Source: Acidobacteriota bacterium (GTDB lineage: Bacteria > Acidobacteriota > Vicinamibacteria > Vicinamibacterales > 2-12-FULL-66-21). Taken from it: 64,000 bases of DNA. Below the pieces are notes generated by a model. It saw only the letters and a list, made by a program, of their open reading frames with translations. It was not told where the DNA came from and made no database searches. The stretch spans positions 8,384 through 72,383 of the forward strand of contig JBKPCD010000144.1 of NCBI GenBank assembly GCA_046727175.1, written 5' to 3'. This document shows, one piece after another, positions 9,181 through 16,778 of the stretch; within the stretch, counting starts at the first letter, position 1, and each line of letters opens with the position of its first letter. Position numbers and translations under genes: made by a program.

Positions 9181-11022
9181 TTAACAAGATTTGCAGCGGT
9201 GGTTGTTCTTGGCACCGAGCTTCTCGAGTAGCGCGATGGTTTCGGGGAATGGCTGGATCCGCTGCACCGGGCCGTTTGCCATGTCCACGGTGGTTTCGCC
9301 GGCACGGTTCACAGCCTTCACGTCCGCCCCTTTTGACACGAGGTAGAGGATCATCTCGTTATCACCTCGCGCCGCCGCATGGTGGAGCGCGGTATTCCCC
9401 TCGTGATCACGCGCATTCACATCGGCGCCGAGCTCCTCGACCAGGTACTTCACGGCTGGCAGCCATCCGCTCGGGGCATTGCGGTGCGAGTTGGCGGCAA
9501 ACCCCTCGCCGTAGCCGACGCCCGTGGCGGCCTGTAACGGCGGCACGCCGGGCCCGCCGATCGGCAACGGCGGCACGCCCGACACATCCTCGACCGTCTC
9601 GCGTCCTCCATCTCCGGTGCGCGGCCGACCCGCGGGCTTGACCGTCGGGATGTTCGGATCCGCGCCATACGAAATCAGGAGCCGCATCGCATCGACGTCG
9701 CTCGCGTACGCGGCGCGCCAGAAGGGCGTCGCGCCGATCTCGTCCACGCCCGAGAGATCGAAGTTGTATCCCGAGTACCAGACCTTCTTCTTCAATCGCG
9801 CGTTGACGTCGACGCCTTCTTCCAGCAGCATCTTCATCAGGTCGAGGTACGCCAGCTTCTGCTGAAGGTATGCGCGAGGCTGCGGGTACAACGCCTTGGG
9901 CGCCCACTGCACGTTCAGCACTGCGTAGAGGGGCGTGACGCCGTTATCGCTTGCGAGCTGAGGATCGGCCCCCTTCTCCAGCAGCAGAGCCGCGAGGTCG
10001 AACTGGCCGTTGATGATCGCCATCAGCAGCGGGCTCGTCGCGTCGCTGCCTGCGACACGATTGATCTCCGCGCCTGAGTCGAGGAGCACCTTCACCGCCT
10101 CGATGCGCCCTTGACGGGCGGCGAACAACAACGGGGTGAGGCCCCCCTGTGCAGTGACGAGCTCGGCGAAACGGAACTGACGGCTCACACCGGCAACGCC
10201 TCCCTGGGCCCCGCCGTCACGACCACTGCGACCGCGCTGCGCGCCGTCGTCTGCCGGCTGCGCCGCGACTGACGCCGCTTCCGCGGGAGTGTTGCCGGTC
10301 GTCGGCGCTGCATTCGGCCTGGCTTCAGGCGAGGGAGACGAGGCGGAATCGGGAGGCGCGGCACCGCGCGCGGCGCGGCCACCGCCGCGACCGCTCTGCT
10401 GCGCGCGCAGGAACGCTTCTTCTTCGGCGTTCGTCTGTCCTCTCAGGTCGGTCACCTTGCTCGCGAGCTGAATGTCGGCGCCAGCGGCGATCAGCACTTT
10501 CATCGCGTCGAGGCGATTCGAGGCCGCCGCGAACATCAGGGCGGTTTCACCTCTGACGGATTCCTTTGCGTTCACGTCAGCGCCGTGCTCGACGAGTACC
10601 TTGACCGCGTCCGGCTTTCCTGCCGCCGCGGCGAGCATCACGGCCGTCGTCCCGTTCGTCGTGGCGCTCTTGGGATCGGCGCCGGCCTTGATCAGCGTCT
10701 CGATGACTGCGGCGTGTCCCAGCTCGCTTGCCATCAGCAGCGGCGTGTATGCACCCAGCCGCGTCGTTGCCTTGATGTTGGCGCCGGCGTAGATCAGCAT
10801 CTGCGCGAGCTCCGCGTCGCCGTGACGTGCCGCCCAGTGCAACGCCGTCGTGCCGTCGCCCTGCGGGGCGTTCACGTCCGCACCTTGCCTGAGCAGTGCG
10901 CGGACTGCCGCGGCGTCGCCGAGCAGCGCTGCGTCCGCCACGCGCGATTCGCCCGATGATGCCGACAGTAGGCCGTTCAGGCACAGCGCCGCGAGCAGAC
11001 CACATACGCTGATGCGTTGCAT
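9181..11022 (-). CDS. Secreted ankyrin-repeat protein
   Basis: Start at MQRISVCGLLAALCLNGLLSA (signal peptide). Many ANK units (GTTALHWAARHGD..LL..GADVNA pattern) are split by a low-complexity Ala/Pro/Gly linker. It ends in HRCKSC. Confidence 0.85.
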   Translation of the reverse strand: MQRISVCGLLAALCLNGLLSASSGESRVADAALLGDAAAVRALLRQGADVNAPQGDGTTALHWAARHGDAELAQMLIYAGANIKATTRLGAYTPLLMASELGHAAVIETLIKAGADPKSATTNGTTAVMLAAAAGKPDAVKVLVEHGADVNAKESVRGETALMFAAASNRLDAMKVLIAAGADIQLASKVTDLRGQTNAEEEAFLRAQQSGRGGGRAARGAAPPDSASSPSPEARPNAAPTTGNTPAEAASVAAQPADDGAQRGRSGRDGGAQGGVAGVSRQFRFAELVTAQGGLTPLLFAARQGRIEAVKVLLDSGAEINRVAGSDATSPLLMAIINGQFDLAALLLEKGADPQLASDNGVTPLYAVLNVQWAPKALYPQPRAYLQQKLAYLDLMKMLLEEGVDVNARLKKKVWYSGYNFDLSGVDEIGATPFWRAAYASDVDAMRLLISYGADPNIPTVKPAGRPRTGDGGRETVEDVSGVPPLPIGGPGVPPLQAATGVGYGEGFAANSHRNAPSGWLPAVKYLVEELGADVNARDHEGNTALHHAAARGDNEMILYLVSKGADVKAVNRAGETTVDMANGPVQRIQPFPETIALLEKLGAKNNHRCKSC

Positions 11023-11036
11023 ATCGCTACTCCACA

Positions 11037-11123
11037 GAAAGTAAGAAGTTCGAAGTACGAAGTGAGAAGTAAAAGCTTCGCGACTCAAATCGGTCGTTCT
11101 TCACCTCTTACTTCTTACTTTCC
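11037..11123. repeat. Microsatellite hairpin (GAAGTAA-type units)
   Basis: GAAAGTAAGAAGTTCGAAGTACGAAGTGAGAAGTAAAAG ... TTCTTCACCTCTTACTTCTTACTTTCC, between the ankyrin gene start and the DUF1552 gene stop. Confidence 0.85.
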
Positions 11124-11126
11124 AAT

Positions 11127-12533
11127 TCATCCCGCCTCGGTCAGTGATGGCACGCCGGTCAGGTCGAACGCTCCGGTGCTGTCGCCGAAACGCTGGAGAT
11201 CGTCGAGGCCCAGGTCGTGGAGCAGCCTCAGCATCACGTTGGCCATCGGTGTGCCGTCAGGCGCCTTGACGTGCAGGTTCCCCTTCAGGTGGCCGTTCGC
11301 GCGGCCGGCGAGGAACAGCGGGCAACGCTTGTGATTGTGGACGTTCGAGTTCCCCATTGGCGATCCGTAGATGACGAGGGTCTTGTCGAGGAGGTTGCCA
11401 TCGCCTTCCCGCAGGTTCTTCAGCTTCTCGAGGAAGTACGGCACCAGGCTGACGTGGTGCTTGTTGATCTGCGCGAACTGCACAATGCGATCTTCGCGCT
11501 CGCCGTGATGCGACGCAGGATGGAACGGCAGGTTCACACCGCTCGCCGGATAGACGCGTGCCGAACCGTCACGTCCGAGCTTGAACGTGAACACGCGTGT
11601 GATGTCGGCCGCAAACGCCAGCGCCTGCAGATCGAACATCAACTTCACGTGGTCCTCGAACGAGTCGGGCACCCCAAGCGGCGCACCGGGCAGCTCCCGC
11701 TGCTCGCCACTGCTGTTGTACGCCTCGACCTTCTGGATCCGCCGCTCGATCTCGCGGATGTCGTTCAGGTACTCGCTCAGTCTGGTGCGATCGGTTGGTC
11801 CAAGATCGCGTGCGAGCCTTGCGACTTCGCCCGTCACCCAGTCGAGGATGCTGCGATTGGTCCGTCGGTTCTCCGCGCGCTGCTCGGGCGTCGCCCCCAC
11901 GCCGAACAACTGATCGAACGCGGCACGCGGATCGCGGACCATCGGGAGCGGCTCGGTTGGCGACGCCCAGCTGATCGTGTCGGTGTACACGCAAGCGTAC
12001 CCGTACGCGCAGCCGCCGGACTGATCGACGTTCTCGATGCACAGCTGCATCGACGGGATGGGCGTGTCCTGACCGAATCGTTGCGCGTACAGCTGATCGA
12101 TCGACGTGCCGACGTAGACGTCCGACCCTTCGGTCTGCCTCGGATGTGCCTGCGTGAGGAAGACTGCGCTCGAGCGGAAGTGGTCGCCGCCGATCTCTTT
12201 CGGCTGGAACGCCTCCGCGTTTCGCACATCGGTGTTGCTGACGATCGTGATGTAGTCGCGGACTGGTTCGAGCGGACTCAGACTGCTCGGCGAGAGGTCG
12301 AACGCACGACCGACAGCTGCCGGAGACCACATGTTCTTGGCGAGGCCATGCACCGTGCTTCCGGCTGCGCCATGCACCATCTCGATACAGGAGAAGCGTG
12401 TCCGGCCTGCCGCCGCCGTCTTGGCCAGCAACGTTCGCGCCGGCACCATCGCGTCCAGGAGCGGCAGGGCGATCGTCGCCCCCATTCCGCGAAGCACGGT
12501 CCGGCGTGAGATGTGCTTTTTCGTCAGATACAT
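11127..12533 (-). CDS. DUF1552 domain protein with a TAT signal
   Basis: Start at MYLTKKHISRRTVLRGMGATIALPLLDAM, with GAGGAG 7 nt upstream. Length and N-terminus are typical of DUF1552. It is paired with a DUF1592-type gene immediately upstream. Confidence 0.8.
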   Translation of the reverse strand: MYLTKKHISRRTVLRGMGATIALPLLDAMVPARTLLAKTAAAGRTRFSCIEMVHGAAGSTVHGLAKNMWSPAAVGRAFDLSPSSLSPLEPVRDYITIVSNTDVRNAEAFQPKEIGGDHFRSSAVFLTQAHPRQTEGSDVYVGTSIDQLYAQRFGQDTPIPSMQLCIENVDQSGGCAYGYACVYTDTISWASPTEPLPMVRDPRAAFDQLFGVGATPEQRAENRRTNRSILDWVTGEVARLARDLGPTDRTRLSEYLNDIREIERRIQKVEAYNSSGEQRELPGAPLGVPDSFEDHVKLMFDLQALAFAADITRVFTFKLGRDGSARVYPASGVNLPFHPASHHGEREDRIVQFAQINKHHVSLVPYFLEKLKNLREGDGNLLDKTLVIYGSPMGNSNVHNHKRCPLFLAGRANGHLKGNLHVKAPDGTPMANVMLRLLHDLGLDDLQRFGDSTGAFDLTGVPSLTEAG

Positions 12534-12565
12534 TGCCGACTCCTCTGCTGTCACTGTCCGCGTCT

Positions 12566-12776
12566 CGGAATTCGGGGTTCGGGATTCGCTAGCGTTCTTG
12601 CTTCGCCGGCCGGCCTCACACAGGAGGTCACGAGAAGGAGAACTACCTGTAGTTTCTCCTGGGTTCCTGGTCTCCTGTATTTATCTCGGCAGCCGCAAAC
12701 GTCTCAGACGCCGATTTTCGAACCCCGCCCTCCGACTCACCCGTAACGAACCCGAACCCCGAATCCCGAACCCCGG
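12566..12776. repeat. Nested palindromes: outer GGGTTCG-type arms enclosing an inner CAGGAG-type hairpin
   Basis: Outer arms: CGGAATTCGGGGTTCGGGATTCG (12566-12588) vs CGAACCCGAACCCCGAATCCCGAACCCCGG (12747-12776). Inner arms: ACAGGAGGTCACGAGAAGGAGAACTAC (12620-12646) vs CTGTAGTTTCTCCTGGGTTCCTGGTCTCCTGT (12647-12678). Confidence 0.85.
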
Positions 12777-12877
12777 CCTTCCGAGCTACAAAACTAGCTT
12801 TTCTCAGCGCGCGAGGGGCCCACCCCCGCGCGCTGCGGCTCGACTCGCTTCGCTCGCTCGCCGCGGCCGCAGGCGCT

Positions 12878-12901
12878 GCTACCGAGCTACCGAGCTACCG
12901 G
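12878..12901. repeat. Tandem 9-nt repeat CTACCGAGC x about 2.5, overlapping the DUF1592 stop codon
   Basis: GCTACCGAGCTACCGAGCTACCGG. The complementary unit GGCTCGGTAG recurs at 52058-52110. Confidence 0.85.
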
Positions 12902-15367
12902 CCGCGTCGGTTCGACCAGCCGCGTCATGTCGTTATTCGTCATCTCCGCCCGGCTCATTTGAAACGCCGGGCTCTTCACGATCCCGAGCACGAACTGCGC
13001 GAACCGATGGTCGGGCGCGGCCTGGCGGACGATCCCACGAACGGTCGGCATGTCGTAGTACTCGACACGTCGCCCGAGACTGTACGCGAGCAGGTTCTCG
13101 GTGAAGGTGCGCAGCACGACGTCCTGCCGCTTCAGGAGCGCCTCGCGCAACGCAATCGGACCGTTCAACACTGAGCCGTCGTAGAGCTCACCCGAGGCGT
13201 CGACGGGCACACCGTTGTCGCGCATGCGCCACACACCCGTGACGTCGAAGTTCTCGAGCGCGAGGCCGAGCGGATCGATGACCCGGTGACAGGAGCGGCA
13301 CTGGGGATTCGAGCGATGCTGCTCCATCCGCTGACGGACCGAGAGCAGCCGTCCGTCCTTGTTTGCCTTCGTCTCCTCGAGATCGGGCACGTCGGGCGGA
13401 GGAGCCGGCGGCGGCGAACCGAGCAACACTTCGAGCACCCATTTGCCCCGCAACACCGGCGACGTCCGGTCCGCGACCGACGTCATCGTGAGAATGCTGC
13501 CCTGACCGAGGAGCCCACGCCGGTTCTCGTCGGTCAGCGCCACCCGCTGGAAGCCCGTGCCCACGACGTTCGGAATGCCGTAATGCCGCGCGAGCCGCTC
13601 GTTGACGAACGTGTAGTCGGCCGTCAACAGCTCCAGCACGTTGCGGTCCTCGCGGACGACGTGCTCGAAGAGGAGCTCGGTTTCGCGCTGCATCGCTTCG
13701 GCAAGCGTGTGATCGAATTGCGGATAGAACAGCGGATCGGGATGAATCTTCTCGAGGTCCTGGAGACGCAGCCACTGCGACGCGAACCTCGTCGCGAGCG
13801 CGGACGACCGCGGGTCCGCGAGCATGCGGTGCACCTGCGCCTCGAGAACGGCCGGCGTTCTCAGGATTCCCTTGCGTGCGGCCGTCAGCAGATCTTCATC
13901 GGGCGGACTCGCCCAGAGGAAGAACGACAGCCGCGACGCAAGATCGAGATCGCTGACTCGATAGTTCTGACCTGGTCTCGCGCTCGACGGCATTTCCTCG
14001 AGACGGAAGATGAAGTGAGGGCTCGCGAGAATCGCTTGCAGCGCGGAGCGGATTCCATGCTCGAAGTCCCCCTGCTTGCGGCCATCCTCGAAAAACCCCA
14101 GCAGTCCCTTCTGATCCTCGGGTGTGAGGGGCCGCCTGTACGCCTGGCGCGCGAGTGTCGAGATGATCTTCGACGCGCAAGCGGCTTCCTCCTCGCGCGC
14201 CACCGGCCGGCAGCTGAAGATCCGGCGGCGGCTCGGCGTCTCGGAAATGCCTGTGACCTTGTGCGGGCCCATCACCGCCAGATCGCGCAGGTGCGGCAGG
14301 GTTGTCACGCCAATGGCGCTGCCGATCTGCGTGTCGGCCAGCGTGTGCTCGATGGGCGCGATCAAGTCGTCCACCGGTCCCTCGGATCGCTGGAGGAACG
14401 CGGCGGAAACACGCTGCGGTCCGGCCTTGACCACGATCGGCGGCGTCTGAAGGTTCATCCCGTTCGGATCCGACTCGCTCATGCGCGGGTTGATCTCGAA
14501 AAGCGCAACGCGCTCGCCGTTGATGGACACTTCGAGCTGCTCGTTGCGCGCCGTACTCCCGTACAGCTGACCCGTCGGGATGGAGTGCAGCATCATCCTG
14601 AACGTGTACTCGCCGTCAGCGGCGAAATTGTGGATGACCGAGAGGCCGCCGCGAGTCCCGAACGGCGCCCCCTCGACGTGCGCGAGCTGCGACGCGGTCC
14701 GCGCGACGCGATAGGTCGTCGAGCTCGGCGTCGCGTCGCGATCGCCGATGGCCTCGCGGCTGATCGTGCTCGCGGCGCGGAGGTACCCTTCCAGCAGCGT
14801 TGGCGAGAACACCTGCACGTCGGCAATGTTGTCGAAGTTGTGACTGATCGTGTCGAGCGGCAGGAACGCGGAGACGTCGACGTCGATCCCGAGCAGGTCG
14901 CGAATCGATCGCGCGTACTCGGCGCGATTCAGCCGCTGGAACGTGCGTCTGCCGGGATTCGGCCGAACAGCTGCCGCTTGATCGAGACGCGTTTCGAGCG
15001 ACGTCGCAAGCGCGACGAGCGTCGATGATTCAGGGCGTTCCGCGCCCGCGGGCGGCATGAGGCCCGCGCGCAGCTTGCGGATCATCTTCTCGGCGAGTTC
15101 CGGGTGTTGCTCAGCGCGTGCGGGGTCGAACTTCTCGAGAATCAGGCCGCCTTTCTCGTGGTCAGCATCGTGGCATCGGAGGCAGTACTCGTCGATCACG
15201 TCGCGCAGCGACGCGGCGGGCGATGTTGCCGCCGCATGTGCCACGGCTATCGGAATCGGAGGCTTCACGCTGTGTGCTGGTGCCGGACCGCTAGCCCGCT
15301 GTGCGAGGGGTGTCGCCGCCGCGACGGCGAGGATCAGTGAACTGACGGCGGCTGTGGGGGCTTTCAT
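12887..15367 (-). CDS. DUF1587/DUF1592/DUF1595/DUF1588/DUF1585 multidomain protein with two CxxCH motifs
   Basis: 826 aa with a signal peptide. Motifs: CLRCHDADHEKGG, FFLWASPPDEDLL, RLARHYGIP, CRSCHRVIDPLGLALENFD. This is the classic partner of DUF1552. Confidence 0.85.
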   Translation of the reverse strand: MKAPTAAVSSLILAVAAATPLAQRASGPAPAHSVKPPIPIAVAHAAATSPAASLRDVIDEYCLRCHDADHEKGGLILEKFDPARAEQHPELAEKMIRKLRAGLMPPAGAERPESSTLVALATSLETRLDQAAAVRPNPGRRTFQRLNRAEYARSIRDLLGIDVDVSAFLPLDTISHNFDNIADVQVFSPTLLEGYLRAASTISREAIGDRDATPSSTTYRVARTASQLAHVEGAPFGTRGGLSVIHNFAADGEYTFRMMLHSIPTGQLYGSTARNEQLEVSINGERVALFEINPRMSESDPNGMNLQTPPIVVKAGPQRVSAAFLQRSEGPVDDLIAPIEHTLADTQIGSAIGVTTLPHLRDLAVMGPHKVTGISETPSRRRIFSCRPVAREEEAACASKIISTLARQAYRRPLTPEDQKGLLGFFEDGRKQGDFEHGIRSALQAILASPHFIFRLEEMPSSARPGQNYRVSDLDLASRLSFFLWASPPDEDLLTAARKGILRTPAVLEAQVHRMLADPRSSALATRFASQWLRLQDLEKIHPDPLFYPQFDHTLAEAMQRETELLFEHVVREDRNVLELLTADYTFVNERLARHYGIPNVVGTGFQRVALTDENRRGLLGQGSILTMTSVADRTSPVLRGKWVLEVLLGSPPPAPPPDVPDLEETKANKDGRLLSVRQRMEQHRSNPQCRSCHRVIDPLGLALENFDVTGVWRMRDNGVPVDASGELYDGSVLNGPIALREALLKRQDVVLRTFTENLLAYSLGRRVEYYDMPTVRGIVRQAAPDHRFAQFVLGIVKSPAFQMSRAEMTNNDMTRLVEPTRPVAR

Positions 15368-15563
15368 CCAGATCGACCTACGAAGGACACAAACCCATCG
15401 CGCAGTATACGGCCGGATTGGGCCGATTGGAGCCCGGTTTTCAGCATCGAGGCCGCCGCGCGCCGAGCTTCAAGCCCGGCCTGTCTTCGACGGGCTGACG
15501 TGCTGACGACACGCGCATTTCACGCGGTCCACTGCGCGACACCCAACAGAGACATCCACCCGT

Positions 15564-15628
15564 GGCTGTCCCGTTTGGCTGTCCCGGTTGGCTGTCCCGG
15601 TTGGCTGTCCCGAGTGGCTGGCACCGGC
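15564..15628. repeat. Tandem 13-nt repeat GGCTGTCCCGGTT x about 4.5
   Basis: Unit starts at 15564, 15577, 15590, 15603 and 15616 (the last is degenerate). It lies ~200 nt upstream of the DUF1592 start and directly downstream of the creatininase-like stop. Confidence 0.9.
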
Positions 15629-15640
15629 GCCTGTCCCCTT

Positions 15641-16540
15641 TCACTTGGTGCCGGACTCGAGGAGCTGTTTGATCTGCCGGACGGCGTAGTCCACCTTCTG
15701 CTCGAACGCCATCTTCCCGAGCTCGGGAGTCGACGGGCGTGCGTCGCCGGTGATGCCGTTATTGACGCGTGGCGGTGCGTTGGGATCGTCCGAGCGCCCC
15801 CGACCGCCGCGCCCGACAGAATCGCCGACCGCGGTCTTCAGCAGCTCCTTTCGTACCCAGCCCTTGTCGCCGCCGAGATACAGCATCTCCGCCGTATCCG
15901 CGATGGCCGCGTGACCTCCCGAGGGCAGCCCCTTCTCCGCCAGGTACTTGTTGAAATCGGCGTTGGCCTTCGAATAGACCTCGTCGCAGTAATAGACGTG
16001 AACGCCCTCTGGCGCGTACTTGTCGTCAAGCTTCTTTGCGAGGTCTCGATACACGTTCGGCTGACCGCCACCGTGATCACCCATGAGGATGACGTTCTTG
16101 AAGCCGGTCACGATCGTCTGCTCGGTGATTCGCTCGAGGACCGCCGACAGCAGCTCGTTGGTCAGCCCGATCGTCCCAGGCAGCTGCGCGCTGGCGTTGT
16201 TCGGCGTGTACGGCAGGACGGGCATGGCAATCGCGTTCCCGAGCTTCGCCGCGATTGCCTTGACCGTCTCACGGCCCATCAGGTTGTGACCGCCGTTGAC
16301 GTTCTGCGGTCCACGCTGCTCCGTGCCCCCGGTGTAGATGAGCGCTGTCGTCTTGCCGGCCTGCAACGCGTCTCTGACTTCAGACCACGTCATCATCTCG
16401 AACTCGACGAGCGCCGCACTCGTACTCTGAATCGCTGCGGCGTGCCGGGCTCGCGTCGTCGCCCTGGGTGCTGCGATCTGTGCGAATGCGGTTGCGGAAC
16501 CGAGCGCAACCAACGGAATCGCGGCAAGCAAACGGATCAT
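15641..16540 (-). CDS. Creatininase-family amidohydrolase-like protein with a Sec signal peptide
   Basis: MIRLLAAIPLVALGSATAFAQ signal. TGGTEQRGPQ..GGHN and MGDHGGGQ resemble creatininase-family metal-site motifs. Confidence 0.55.
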   Translation of the reverse strand: MIRLLAAIPLVALGSATAFAQIAAPRATTRARHAAAIQSTSAALVEFEMMTWSEVRDALQAGKTTALIYTGGTEQRGPQNVNGGHNLMGRETVKAIAAKLGNAIAMPVLPYTPNNASAQLPGTIGLTNELLSAVLERITEQTIVTGFKNVILMGDHGGGQPNVYRDLAKKLDDKYAPEGVHVYYCDEVYSKANADFNKYLAEKGLPSGGHAAIADTAEMLYLGGDKGWVRKELLKTAVGDSVGRGGRGRSDDPNAPPRVNNGITGDARPSTPELGKMAFEQKVDYAVRQIKQLLESGTK

Positions 16541-16778
16541 GATGACTCCTCGTGTTCACTCTCGACGGTGTCTCGCGCGGGTCAGAGGAGAAGAATGCCA
16601 TCACAATCTACAACAAGTGGAATGCGTCTTGCCGAACCCGTCTCATTCGAGGCGGTGACTGCGACTTCGAATGCTCGTCAGGGCGCGCGATGGCCTGCCC
16701 GCGCAGCTCTCGAACGGTCATTGCATCGTCATGTCCGGCGTGGTGGTCGCGTACCGGAGGGGCACGGACATGCGGCGA

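Noticed and set aside
12717-12726. T-loop-like TTCGAACCCC, and a general search for tRNA, rRNA or riboswitch signatures.
   Set aside because: There is no surrounding cloverleaf complementarity. The motif is part of the GGGTTCG-type repeat. No other RNA-gene signatures were recognised by eye.
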